A stretch of DNA of 45,437 bases from Patescibacteria group bacterium. GTDB taxonomy: Bacteria > Patescibacteriota > Minisyncoccia > Phycocordibacterales > Phycocordibacteraceae. Below, piece by piece: positions 6,226-15,919 of this stretch. The DNA lies in contig JAIELV010000003.1 of assembly GCA_019752595.1 (NCBI GenBank), positions 1-45,437 on the forward strand, read 5' to 3'. Below the pieces are notes generated by a model. It was not told the DNA's origin. It saw only the letters and a list, made by a program, of their open reading frames with translations, and did not search any database. Each line of letters starts with the position of its first letter. Positions within the stretch are counted from its first letter, which is position 1. The translations under genes were made by a program, and so were the position numbers.

Positions 6226-8394
6226 CTAAGGGTTTCTACCTGCGGTAATCTCCTGTATATAGAATTCGCCCTGTTCCCTGAACGTGGCATCCAAAGAAAT
6301 TGCGGTACGGATAGAGTTTATCGCCGCCTCTCTGTTTCCAGCAGTTAGGTACGCCGCCGCGAGCTGTACATGAAGCTGGGCATTTTGGGGGTTCGCGTCA
6401 ACACGATTCTTTACTATAACTACCACTCTTTCAAAATTTTTCACTTCAAGATACGCCTGAAGAATGTACTCATTGTTAGGAGTTAGCGTCTCCCACTTCT
6501 CCATCATCAGCTTTTCAGCGAGGGCATTCTCACCCGCACGTATAGCAGTGGATGCGTAGTACGCAACTGCATCTTCATATGACGGATATATATCGTACGC
6601 TTTCTTAAACCATTCAAGAGAACCTGCAGCGTTTCCACGATTGAATTCAAGAACCGCGAGTTCAAATATGATTTGCTGTTTATTTGGCGAGAGTTCGTGC
6701 GCCTTCAAGAGTGATGCCAGTGCGCCTTCGTAATTACCCATCTGTCTCCAGAACGAACCGAGAAACATATGGAGCCGCGCATCATTCGGCGCTTTTAGGA
6801 GTTCTTTCTCCATTTCGGAAACAGCGTAGAGCGCCGCTTCTTGCTGAAACGCTGCATCCCCCGCGTTCAGACTTTTAACCTGCACCGCAAACTGAATCAA
6901 CTGCTCTGCACTTTCCTGACTTCCCAAACCTCCTGCGGCGCGAGCTTTTTTGAAATACTCCAAATTTTCATTGATAGTCGCGTGCGGTGAGATACCCTGA
7001 ATGATGTTTGAAGCCGTTGCCATCCCAGGCACGTTGACGAAATAGAATACGGCGCACATGACAAGAATAATCGCGGGTGCGATAACCATGTTGAGATTCC
7101 CCGAGACTGGACTGCCAGAAACTGGCGCATCGTCCGCATACGATCGGTAATAGATATAGGCGAGCGTAGACATAAAGAAGACGTAGCTCAAAAGATGATC
7201 AAACACGAAGAGGTTGTGGAATGCGTACGCGGCAAGAAGTCCGGTAAATATACTTCGCTCAAAATTCGTCAGCGCTGAGCCAGGCCTCCAAATTGCCCAC
7301 ATGGTAGCGACGTACAGCGACACATAGAGAATGAGTCCGACAATACCTCCCGCAACGAGCCAGTCTACGAATGCGTTATGGGCTCGATCAAACCACGGCT
7401 CCTGTGAGTGTAATGATGGTTTAAAGTAGGTATTAAAGATGTAGTTGTATCCTTCCTGACCCCATCCGAAAATCGGCCGCTCGGCAACCCCCTGAAGGGC
7501 CATGTCCCAAATCGCAAAACGTGTTTCTCCTTGCGCAATGTTGATGGAAGCAAGTCGAGTAAGGATGCCATCGTTTTGGACAAACTGAGTATCTTTTATC
7601 GCAAAGAAGCCTCCGACTACGACTGCAGTCGCAACAAGTGCCACAGCTCCCCATTTTTTCATCTCAGCATTTCCTTTCCCAAGGAACAGAAGCAAAATAC
7701 CAGTGAGAAGCGTGCCCCCGATGAGTGCAAGCGTGGTGCCACGAGTGGCGGAAAAGAAAATCATTGTCACCTGAAGCGCAATAGCGAACAGGTAAAAATA
7801 ACGCATCAGAAATGTCTTCGCCCACGTTTTTACCAAGTAGTACACAGAGACAAATGCGTGGAAAAGCATATAGACCGCCATATAGGTCGCGTTCCCGAAT
7901 GTCCCGTCAACACGCAATCCGCCCTGATTGATCGTGAGCGTACCAGAAAGTTGCAAGAGACCATAGAGGCTCATCAAGACCGAGACGACAATGGACGTGT
8001 TCCAAAACCACTTCCACGCTTTCTCTGTCTGCATCACGGACCACAACAGGAAGAAATACGCGGTTGAGTGCGCGAGGCCAATCCAACCTTCCATACGTTC
8101 AAAGTTAGACCAAAATGCTTTCTCAGGATTTACTGCGAAAAGTACGGAAATACCGGCCGATGCAAGGAATGCGAGCATGAGAACCGGAAGCGCTTTGAAG
8201 CGCGGGCGTGCCGAAACATCTTTCAGCATCAGTATCAGCCATAGCGCAAATGCAATCTCTACAATAATCCGAAACGCAAAGTTCTTACCCGTAATGAACG
8301 GAAAAAAGAATGAGTTCGCTACGATAAACGGGATCAAAGTCGCGAGGCACAGGAGGACGATAACGGCGTTCCGCAGGAAAGAATCAGAATTCAT
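6226..8394 (-). CDS. O-antigen ligase/Wzy_C family membrane protein with C-terminal TPR repeats
   Basis: Multi-TM; RVDGTFGNATY, SATRG, RFAIW...RPIFGWGQEGY, FDRAHNAFVDWLV.GG; helical TPR-like tail. Confidence 0.88.
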   Translation of the reverse strand: MNSDSFLRNAVIVLLCLATLIPFIVANSFFFPFITGKNFAFRIIVEIAFALWLILMLKDVSARPRFKALPVLMLAFLASAGISVLFAVNPEKAFWSNFERMEGWIGLAHSTAYFFLLWSVMQTEKAWKWFWNTSIVVSVLMSLYGLLQLSGTLTINQGGLRVDGTFGNATYMAVYMLFHAFVSVYYLVKTWAKTFLMRYFYLFAIALQVTMIFFSATRGTTLALIGGTLLTGILLLFLGKGNAEMKKWGAVALVATAVVVGGFFAIKDTQFVQNDGILTRLASINIAQGETRFAIWDMALQGVAERPIFGWGQEGYNYIFNTYFKPSLHSQEPWFDRAHNAFVDWLVAGGIVGLILYVSLYVATMWAIWRPGSALTNFERSIFTGLLAAYAFHNLFVFDHLLSYVFFMSTLAYIYYRSYADDAPVSGSPVSGNLNMVIAPAIILVMCAVFYFVNVPGMATASNIIQGISPHATINENLEYFKKARAAGGLGSQESAEQLIQFAVQVKSLNAGDAAFQQEAALYAVSEMEKELLKAPNDARLHMFLGSFWRQMGNYEGALASLLKAHELSPNKQQIIFELAVLEFNRGNAAGSLEWFKKAYDIYPSYEDAVAYYASTAIRAGENALAEKLMMEKWETLTPNNEYILQAYLEVKNFERVVVIVKNRVDANPQNAQLHVQLAAAYLTAGNREAAINSIRTAISLDATFREQGEFYIQEITAGRNP

Positions 8395-8441
8395 TGTGCA
8401 TCTATAGTACCACCAGTACTCGGCTGCTTATGCCCCCGCTT

Positions 8442-9233
8442 CTATTTTCTTCCGAAATCATCTGCAAAACGAATAATATCCTCTTCGTGCACGTTCGTTC
8501 CGTGAGCCACCTCAACAATCGCGCCGCCGTTTGCAGAAGAAAGCCTGTGCCTTACCCCTTTTTTAAACGTCACAAAGTCCCCTGGTTTCAATACCTTCTT
8601 TCTCTTTCCTATTTCGGCAATGACCGTACCTTCAATGCACACCCAGAACTCGTCCCGATGCGCGTGCTTTTGAAGCGAGAGGCGCCTGCCCGGAGAAACA
8701 TTAATCGTCTTTATCCAAAAATGCTTATCCTTCTTGTAGGTGTGCATGTACCCCCACGGGCGAACATCCAAAATACCGTTTGCCGCAATGTTGTTGGTAA
8801 GCCAGGATGAAGATTGCACCTTTCCGCCCGAGCCGACACCGAATAACATTTTGATTCCGTATTTTTTACACACGGTTGTTTCAGGGATGTCCACTTCGCT
8901 TTTCCGGTCGCCGCCGTTTGCAAAAATATCTGGTTTCACTTTCGCGAGTACTTTAGAGACACTTCTATCAGGATCGTTGGTTTTGTGTCCGGTAACGACG
9001 ACGCGATCAACAGCCTTAATCCCCATCAACACTTCAATGCGCTCAGATTCGGGCATGAAGACAAAGCCTTTTTTTTTCTTCAGCCAGTTGTCGTTATTCA
9101 AAATAACTACAAGCTCCGTCCCCAGTTTTTTTGCTTCTGTCAGGTACCGCACGTGGCCGATGTGGATGGGATCAAAACCGCCTGAAACCGCGACCACAAC
9201 CCGTTTCTTTTTCCCTTTCGCGTCTTTCTTCAT
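8442..9233 (-). CDS. HIGH-type adenylyl/cytidylyltransferase fused to a mannose-6-phosphate-isomerase-type cupin
   Basis: SGGFDPIHIGH...KPDIFANGGDR...KVQSSSW followed by RPWG...LSLQKHAHRDEFW...HRL...EDIIRFADDFGR. Start 9233 or 9242. Confidence 0.85.
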   Translation of the reverse strand: MKKDAKGKKKRVVVAVSGGFDPIHIGHVRYLTEAKKLGTELVVILNNDNWLKKKKGFVFMPESERIEVLMGIKAVDRVVVTGHKTNDPDRSVSKVLAKVKPDIFANGGDRKSEVDIPETTVCKKYGIKMLFGVGSGGKVQSSSWLTNNIAANGILDVRPWGYMHTYKKDKHFWIKTINVSPGRRLSLQKHAHRDEFWVCIEGTVIAEIGKRKKVLKPGDFVTFKKGVRHRLSSANGGAIVEVAHGTNVHEEDIIRFADDFGRK

Positions 9234-9280
9234 CTGGGGCATTCTAATGCCTATCTAACCGAACGCAAACCAGGAAAGTT

Positions 9281-10921
9281 TCAGGGGCGAGGGACCTCCA
9301 GAGCAGAAGGACAGAGAGCCGTATCATAGACGTAAATGTTTTTGCCAAGTTGACTCAGTTTATAGTACGACGGCATCAGCAAGCGGCCGAGGTTGATATC
9401 AATATCAAACACTTCATCGTCCGGGATGTCATTACCAAATCTTGCGAGTGGCGTGCAATCCGCGATAGCGCGCTCCGTAATCACCAGGTCGGGGGGAGGC
9501 AGTGTGGTCAATACCGCACTGTCCGTTTCATTCGTTACCACGAGCGGACGAAATGGGATATCTGTTTTAAGTGTCCGTAGGTTCCGGCACGTGGAACCGC
9601 AGTGCGCATCCGCAAAAAACGTATACGATGCCTTGTTCATGGGGAGCGTGAATTCAAAAATATTCTCATCAATACGGATTTCTTTGTCTCCATATTTTGA
9701 AACAATAAAATCAGAGGCCGCATTGTATGTTGTTGGGATGGAGAGCAGTACCGCAGTGTAGATATAGAGCGCTAGCCCGACTGACGCAAAAATAATCGCT
9801 ACTCGCTTCCCTGGTGGAGGATACGCTGCGATAAGAAACATGAGGAAAAAGCCAATTGGAAAGATATGCCGAACGTTTAGCGCAAGGCCGTGGTCTATTC
9901 TGAAAACAACAGAAACAGCCACGATGTACACCACGATGTAGGTAAGTGCAAGGATGGCGAGCGTCTTGTCGCGCACTCGTGCCCTAAGCACCGGAATGAG
10001 CGCCAAAAGAAGGAGTGGGAATGCTTCAATGGCCTGTCGTGCATTCACGATAAACGATTCAAGCGGTGTGAGTGTGGGTTGAATATTTGAAATAGCCTGA
10101 AGAGATGCATTAAAAAATTGATTCACAAAAGTCCATACGAGGTCAACCGTGTTTTGCAAGTTGAGTGCAAAAATCCCGAAAAAAACCGCGAACCCCCCGC
10201 TCACAATAAGAAAAAGTCGCTGTAGCGATTTCGCGGTGCGTGAGAAGAAAAGAAAGATAATCGGGATGTTAATCAAAAAGACAGCCGCAAATGGGAAATT
10301 CGCTGTTGCCAGGAACGCGGTAACAACCGAAATGAGTGATAGTCGCCCAGGGACTCCCCGTTCCCGCTCCTCTCTGAGCGCGCGATACAGATAGATGAAT
10401 GACACAATGCAGAGAGCAGTTGAAAGCATCCACATCTTGCCCGAACGCGTCAAAAGAATAGCGAGCACGTTTCCGAAGGTCAGCACAAGAAGCGCAAAAC
10501 GCCACCACGCGGATGATACGTGAGTCTTTAAAAATCGATACACCACAAAAAGAAGCGCGACGGCCGCGAGCACGGACGCGATGCGGGGTACGAGTAAGCT
10601 GTATGACGGGTTGAGGATAAGAAATAACTTCAGTGCCTCAATATCTAATCCATTGAACAGAAACCCAACGGCGAGTGCAACGGCCATGAGTATATAGCTC
10701 TGATAGAATGAAATCGTGCCGTAATTGACATCACTTCCTGGGAGAAGTGTGTGGGCTTCCATAGCACGCAGTACTCCTCCTCCAAACGCCCATACATCGC
10801 TTATGGTATTTACCATCGGAAACGCGTACCAAACACCAATAAAGAAAGTGACTCCAAATAGGGCCACGACCACATCTTCCTTTGCGACGGTTCGCGACCA
10901 CTCTTTGAGCTTCCTCAGCAT
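9281..10921 (-). CDS. Integral membrane protein, probable GT-C glycosyltransferase
   Basis: 546 aa, many TM segments then a soluble tail; divergent from GtrA/GT-C genes. Confidence 0.6.
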   Translation of the reverse strand: MLRKLKEWSRTVAKEDVVVALFGVTFFIGVWYAFPMVNTISDVWAFGGGVLRAMEAHTLLPGSDVNYGTISFYQSYILMAVALAVGFLFNGLDIEALKLFLILNPSYSLLVPRIASVLAAVALLFVVYRFLKTHVSSAWWRFALLVLTFGNVLAILLTRSGKMWMLSTALCIVSFIYLYRALREERERGVPGRLSLISVVTAFLATANFPFAAVFLINIPIIFLFFSRTAKSLQRLFLIVSGGFAVFFGIFALNLQNTVDLVWTFVNQFFNASLQAISNIQPTLTPLESFIVNARQAIEAFPLLLLALIPVLRARVRDKTLAILALTYIVVYIVAVSVVFRIDHGLALNVRHIFPIGFFLMFLIAAYPPPGKRVAIIFASVGLALYIYTAVLLSIPTTYNAASDFIVSKYGDKEIRIDENIFEFTLPMNKASYTFFADAHCGSTCRNLRTLKTDIPFRPLVVTNETDSAVLTTLPPPDLVITERAIADCTPLARFGNDIPDDEVFDIDINLGRLLMPSYYKLSQLGKNIYVYDTALCPSALEVPRP

Positions 10922-10928
10922 ACGGATT

Positions 10929-10936
10929 AGTATACT
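10929..10936. promoter_or_regulatory. Palindromic AGTATACT giving a TATACT -10 box on both strands
   Basis: 20-bp divergent gap; the hexamer is 5 nt before ATG 10942 (+) and 7 nt before ATG 10921 (-). Confidence 0.6.
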
Positions 10937-10941
10937 GCTAC

Positions 10942-11388
10942 ATGAATACCCTTAAGACACTGTATCAATGGTTAGAGGCGCGCGTCGGAGTACGCATGTT
11001 TCGGCTGATGCGTTACGTGTTCTCCGGCGGCACAGCTGCCGCATGCAACGTCATCGCACTTTTTCTCTTAGTGGAATTTGCGAATGTGCACTACCTATAC
11101 GCATCTATACTCTCATTCATTTTTTCTCTAGCAATATCATTTACACTACATAAATTTCTGACATTTCGTAACCAACAAACAGACGGCATTCATAAACAAA
11201 TCGGCCGCTACCTTGCCGTTATTCTTGGAAACCTCGCACTTAATACCACCCTCGTGTATGCATTGGTAGAGTTGCTGGGCGTATGGTACCTCTTTGCGCA
11301 AATAATTGGTGCGGCTTTGGTTGCGGTGACCGGCTATATTGGCTACAAGTATTTCGTCTTTCGTGAGCCACGTTCGCATTCCGTATGA
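10942..11388 (+). CDS. GtrA family protein
   Basis: RYVFSGGTAA..N, SFTLHKFLTF, YKYFVF; four TM segments. Confidence 0.9.
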   Translation: MNTLKTLYQWLEARVGVRMFRLMRYVFSGGTAAACNVIALFLLVEFANVHYLYASILSFIFSLAISFTLHKFLTFRNQQTDGIHKQIGRYLAVILGNLALNTTLVYALVELLGVWYLFAQIIGAALVAVTGYIGYKYFVFREPRSHSV

Positions 11389-12686
11389 GTTTCATACGCA
11401 CGCACACAATAGAGATCTTTCTCGTACTGCTCTCATTGATAGTTCACCTTGCCAGTTTTGCCGCTGTTACACAAGAGAATGGCAGTGTACTTCAAGCGGT
11501 GCGGGCCGACGACGGGTATTACGAACTTGCCCAAAACATCATTGCAGGGAATGGTTTTTCCTGGAGCGCAGAAGCTCCGTATGCACCAAATCCCTTGCGG
11601 ACCCCTGGTTACAGTTACACTCTTGCAGGACTAATGGCAACGGTGGGGGTGTTGGGCGCGGCACTCATACAACTTGTTGCTGCTTCCGCAATTCCTATTT
11701 TCGGAATGATGATTGCGCGCACCATCACTGATTCGCGCACTATTGGAATAGCGACAGGAACTATACTTGCGGTCGACCCAACACTTGCCCTCCTCTCTTT
11801 TCAGTTCTATACAGACACTTTGTTCTTACTTCTCTTCTTGCCATGGCTCATACTCACTCTGCGCTACATAAAACAACCGAACATAAAAACACTTGCTTTG
11901 AGCGCAGTTTTACTGGGCGCAGCAATTCTGGTACGGCCTGTGGCGCAATTTCTTCCACTTATTATCCTGCCTCTCATACTTTGGCACTTTCGTAAAACCG
12001 AACGACGACAAGGACTGGCGCATGCAGGGATATATATACTTCTTATCGGCGCGATGCTTACGCCGTGGGTATTGAGGAACATGCACGAGTTCGGTGTTCC
12101 CTCTTTGAGCGCACAAACACCATTTGTGTTGTACACCAACCTCGTCCCTGCCGTACTGAGTGTCGCAAACGGAAGCGACTTTTTATCTGAACGAGATTCA
12201 TTCTTAACTCCCGAAGAATACAAAGGCAACGCTATAACGCCTGCAAACGGTAGTGCGTACACGAAAGAAGCCCTAACTATCGCACTTGCACATCCTACAG
12301 CTTCAGCGTTCGTCGTCGCTAAATCACTCTTCACATTCTTTACCAATGATGGTTTCTACTCGTTCCTTGTACAAATAGGGCACAATCCCGATACATTTAT
12401 GCCACTTCTTGTAGTCGCACGCCTCGTATGGATTGCCATAACGCTCCTTGCGCTCATAGGCGCGGGTATATATCTCTTCACCAAAAGAACACCCCAAACA
12501 CTGCTCATTGTGTTTTTGGTTGCGTATTTTGCACTCACAAGCACCATCGCTGCTTTTGGCACGAACCCACGCTACCGGCTTCCCGTAGACCCCATTATCA
12601 TTGCGCTTGCAGGGGTCGGCGTCACCGAAATTATCACGCGCGGACAACGACTTCTCTCGCGTAATCAGAAAAAAGACGCCCTATAA
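11385..12686 (+). CDS. GT-C (family 39/ArnT-like) glycosyltransferase
   Basis: DDGYYELAQNI..G.GF, RTPGY, TDTLF, LVRP, PWVLRN, RYRLPVDP; multi-TM. Confidence 0.85.
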   Translation: MSFIRTHTIEIFLVLLSLIVHLASFAAVTQENGSVLQAVRADDGYYELAQNIIAGNGFSWSAEAPYAPNPLRTPGYSYTLAGLMATVGVLGAALIQLVAASAIPIFGMMIARTITDSRTIGIATGTILAVDPTLALLSFQFYTDTLFLLLFLPWLILTLRYIKQPNIKTLALSAVLLGAAILVRPVAQFLPLIILPLILWHFRKTERRQGLAHAGIYILLIGAMLTPWVLRNMHEFGVPSLSAQTPFVLYTNLVPAVLSVANGSDFLSERDSFLTPEEYKGNAITPANGSAYTKEALTIALAHPTASAFVVAKSLFTFFTNDGFYSFLVQIGHNPDTFMPLLVVARLVWIAITLLALIGAGIYLFTKRTPQTLLIVFLVAYFALTSTIAAFGTNPRYRLPVDPIIIALAGVGVTEIITRGQRLLSRNQKKDAL

Positions 12687-12693
12687 TGGCATT

Positions 12694-12990
12694 ATGCAAA
12701 GCGTCTCAGACTGGCAAAAGACCCTGAAAAAAGCGGCTGATAGTAAATACCCGAATAATGCGTTGGGTGGATTTGACCGTATTCAATCAGTACAAGAACA
12801 ACTTGATGATGTGAAGGCTGCGCTCAAGGTAGAGCAAGGAGCGCTACAGAGCAACGACCATGCGCATCAGGACCCCAATCACCGCATCGGGGCCTTACTC
12901 GCCGATATTCTTATTCTCGCCGAAGAGCGTGGAATTAATACTGAAAGTGAACTTGAGAAAATCCTCGCGTGGTTTGAGGGTCGCAAGTAA
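12694..12990 (+). CDS. Small helical protein, MazG/NTP-pyrophosphohydrolase-like
   Basis: 98 aa from ATG 12694 (TATAAT 6 nt upstream); VQEQLDDV...IGALLADILILAEERGIN resembles the MazG helices. Confidence 0.55.
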   Translation: MQSVSDWQKTLKKAADSKYPNNALGGFDRIQSVQEQLDDVKAALKVEQGALQSNDHAHQDPNHRIGALLADILILAEERGINTESELEKILAWFEGRK

Positions 12991-12998
12991 CGCGCACT

Positions 12999-13994
12999 CT
13001 ATAACACTACCCGCCTTCCCTCTCGCGCAGATACACGCATAGCCTCAAGTACCTTTGCCTGACGAAGAATGCGATCGTACATATCTTCAAATTTTTCTTT
13101 GTTACCCTCGGCAACTGTTGTGCAAAAGAAATCAAAACTCTTCGTGAATTGATTTGTCGCGGGAATATCAACACTCTGGTGTATATCTTTCGTGCCATCG
13201 TTCGTGATAATTTCGATGGTCGGCGCAAACGTTGGTGGTATGGCGAACGCGCGATTGGCCTTCACCATTCCGCTTGAGCCCCAGACCGAGTAGGTATTCT
13301 GATAGAAATGATCAAAACCGAACGACATGTGTGCCGTTCCATTTTCAAACTCAAACAACGCTGAGCCTGCGATATCTACCTCATTCCCATTCTTGGAGAG
13401 TGAGCAAGTGACGGCAACCGGCTCTTGCCTCATGATTTTCCTCGCCATGAAGGTGGTATAACAACCACAGTCATTGAGCGCTCCTTCCTTCAAATCTGCC
13501 CGGTAGCGAATATTTTGTTGAGGAAAGGGTGGAAAACCGTATGCGCCAACCCATACGCGAGGGATGCCTATCCCCCCTGCCTCGATAAGCGAAAGGATCT
13601 CGGCGTGTTGCGGGTGGAATTCGGGAACGAAATTTTCATACAAAGCAACACCGCTCTCTTTGCACGCGGCTATCATGCGCTGTGCAGATTCAAGGCTATA
13701 CGTGATGGATTTCTCGCATATCACATGCTTCCCCCCTTTTGCTGCCTTCACGGCCCACTCTTCTTGAAGTCCGACAGGAAGCGGACTGTAGATCGCGTCA
13801 ATATCGTCACGCTGAATCAATGAATCATAATTTTCGGGTTCAAGACTGTGCCGTGCGGCAAATTCTTTTGCTTTATCACTATTCCTACTTGCTATCGCCA
13901 CCAGTTCAACATTCTGGAGAGATTGAAACGCTGGAATAGCATACCGCCCAGCGATTTCTGCAACACCCAAAATACCGACGCGAATTTTTTTCAT
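12999..13994 (-). CDS. Gfo/Idh/MocA oxidoreductase, probable NDP-hexose 3-ketoreductase
   Basis: IRVGILGVAEIA, DIDAIYSPLP, GKHVICEKS, GALNDCGCY; next to the 2,3-dehydratase. Confidence 0.85.
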   Translation of the reverse strand: MKKIRVGILGVAEIAGRYAIPAFQSLQNVELVAIASRNSDKAKEFAARHSLEPENYDSLIQRDDIDAIYSPLPVGLQEEWAVKAAKGGKHVICEKSITYSLESAQRMIAACKESGVALYENFVPEFHPQHAEILSLIEAGGIGIPRVWVGAYGFPPFPQQNIRYRADLKEGALNDCGCYTTFMARKIMRQEPVAVTCSLSKNGNEVDIAGSALFEFENGTAHMSFGFDHFYQNTYSVWGSSGMVKANRAFAIPPTFAPTIEIITNDGTKDIHQSVDIPATNQFTKSFDFFCTTVAEGNKEKFEDMYDRILRQAKVLEAMRVSAREGRRVVL

Positions 13995-14001
13995 GGTTTC
14001 G

Positions 14002-14640
14002 TTAGAGAAGAGCACACACGTTTCTGGCGAGAGAATTCACCACTTTATCGACCCGAAGAAGCTTTTTAATCTCGGGCAACGTAAGCCAGATGTAGTCCTC
14101 GGTGACAGGGACTTCTTCAGATTCGGGAATCTCAACAAGCATAGAGCGATTTAGTTTGTGGTAAAAGCGCCCACCGTCCTCAACTCCCAAAACAGACGCC
14201 ACTAGTGTCCCCTTGGTGCCATCAAAATATTCCGCAAGTCGCGGGCGTTTGCCTTTATGTGCGAGCGAAAGGTTGCCCTCAGACGCTTGGAGCGCAGGCG
14301 AAATCTGCACCGTATCTACATTGCCTGGCTCAAACTTCGCATAAAAAAGATAGCGCGTCGCTCCGTTTTTCTTTTGCATCAAAACTCCAGAAATACCAAT
14401 TTCCTCTTGTTTCAACATCGGCTGGTCCCACGAAGGTATTTCACGGTCAGCTGCCCCCGTCACTTTGACCCCGATAATTGAGAAGAACTTCCCTGATTCA
14501 TGGGTAATATTCCCTGTTGCAGGGTCTGTATGCCAACCCTTAGCCTCGTTCACCCCTACCTCTGTTACGGTCACTGGGTACGATTTCTGCCGTTCTTTAA
14601 GCCAGGCGAGAATGGGCACAATATCTACGTCGTCGTTCAT
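14002..14640 (-). CDS. NDP-hexose 2,3-dehydratase family protein (single domain)
   Basis: HESGKFFSIIGV, WDQPML, AKFEPGN...QISPALQA, EDGGRFY.K.NRSMLV, VNSLAR. Confidence 0.9.
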   Translation of the reverse strand: MNDDVDIVPILAWLKERQKSYPVTVTEVGVNEAKGWHTDPATGNITHESGKFFSIIGVKVTGAADREIPSWDQPMLKQEEIGISGVLMQKKNGATRYLFYAKFEPGNVDTVQISPALQASEGNLSLAHKGKRPRLAEYFDGTKGTLVASVLGVEDGGRFYHKLNRSMLVEIPESEEVPVTEDYIWLTLPEIKKLLRVDKVVNSLARNVCALL

Positions 14641-14650
14641 GTAATTTCAA

Positions 14651-15880
14651 TTATACAATTTCAACTTTAGGTATAGGAATAATGAACTTCGCACCACGTG
14701 AGCGTAACTCACGTTCTTTCTCAAGTATAAAGTCACGATAGTTCCACGCCAGGAGGAGAATATAGTCTGGCGTCTCGGTTTTAAGAATTTCTGGGGAAAC
14801 AACAGGTATATGACTGCCTGGCGTAAGTAAACCAATCTTGTACGGCGTGGTGTCGGTTACATACTTGATATCATCCGCGGTAAAACCACAGAAATTAAGA
14901 AGGGTATTCCCCTTGGCAGGTGCGCCATATGCGGTCACGGTCTTCCCTTCTCCACGTATACCGCGCACGAGTGAAACGAGCTTTTCTTTGACGGTCTCTG
15001 CCTCTTTCTGAAAATCACTGAACCGCTTCAGACTATGAAGCCCTGCCTTTTCTTCGGTCAGAAGTAATTCCTCTACACGCGCATGAACGGGCATTCTTGT
15101 TTTTTTTCGAGCGTAGACACGAATTGAACCGCCGTGCACATTCACACGTCGCACATCAAACACTTCCATATCAAACCGTTCAAACAAGTGCATCAAGGGC
15201 TTCACGCTGTAGTAGCACAAGTGCTCGTGATACACCGTATCAAACTCCGTGTGTTCAATGAGGTCTAAGAGGTAGTGAGATTCTGTGACAAACACACCGT
15301 CATCCGTGAGCAACTCGTTCACGGCACGAACAATCTCGTCTATATCGTCAATGTGCGCAAAGACGTTGTTTGCTGAAATGACCTTTGCCTTTCCGTGTGT
15401 CTCTACAATTTTCTTCGCCATCTCTACGGAAAAGAATCCGTCAATTGTTTCCACGCCCTTTTTTCGAGCTTCTTCTGCCACGTTTGCTGAAGGTTCAATG
15501 CCGAGCACGCGATATCCCTCAACGAAATTCTGAAGAAGAATGCCATCGTTACTGCCAATATCAACAATCAGATCACCTGCGACAAGTTGTTCTTTTTTAA
15601 GATCCTCAGCATACGAGCGAAAATGGTCCACGAGAGGCTTGGATGCTGAAGAGAAATACGCATAATTTCCGTGAAAGAGTTCATCCTCTGCAACCACATC
15701 CAAGAGTTGTACCAAGCTACACGTGTTGCAGAAATACACATCAAGCGGGTAGCGCTTCTCATCTTTTATACGTTCCGCGTCGGTAAAATTATCAACCGGG
15801 GGATGCTCGCCAAGAGAGAGAATTAACGTCAAATCATTTCCCTTGCAGACGCGACAGGTGTCCTTATGAAAGTAGCTCAT
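14651..15880 (-). CDS. NDP-sugar C-methyltransferase (TcaB9/TylC3-like)
   Basis: Zn motif CRVC...CNTC, DIGSNDG, ANNVFAH, DTVYHEH, HGGSIR, YGAPAKGNTLLN, LLAWNY, FIIPIP. Confidence 0.92.
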   Translation of the reverse strand: MSYFHKDTCRVCKGNDLTLILSLGEHPPVDNFTDAERIKDEKRYPLDVYFCNTCSLVQLLDVVAEDELFHGNYAYFSSASKPLVDHFRSYAEDLKKEQLVAGDLIVDIGSNDGILLQNFVEGYRVLGIEPSANVAEEARKKGVETIDGFFSVEMAKKIVETHGKAKVISANNVFAHIDDIDEIVRAVNELLTDDGVFVTESHYLLDLIEHTEFDTVYHEHLCYYSVKPLMHLFERFDMEVFDVRRVNVHGGSIRVYARKKTRMPVHARVEELLLTEEKAGLHSLKRFSDFQKEAETVKEKLVSLVRGIRGEGKTVTAYGAPAKGNTLLNFCGFTADDIKYVTDTTPYKIGLLTPGSHIPVVSPEILKTETPDYILLLAWNYRDFILEKERELRSRGAKFIIPIPKVEIV

Positions 15881-15919
15881 CTGGCTATTGTAGGTGTCTG
15901 ATACAGTACGCGCAATGTT

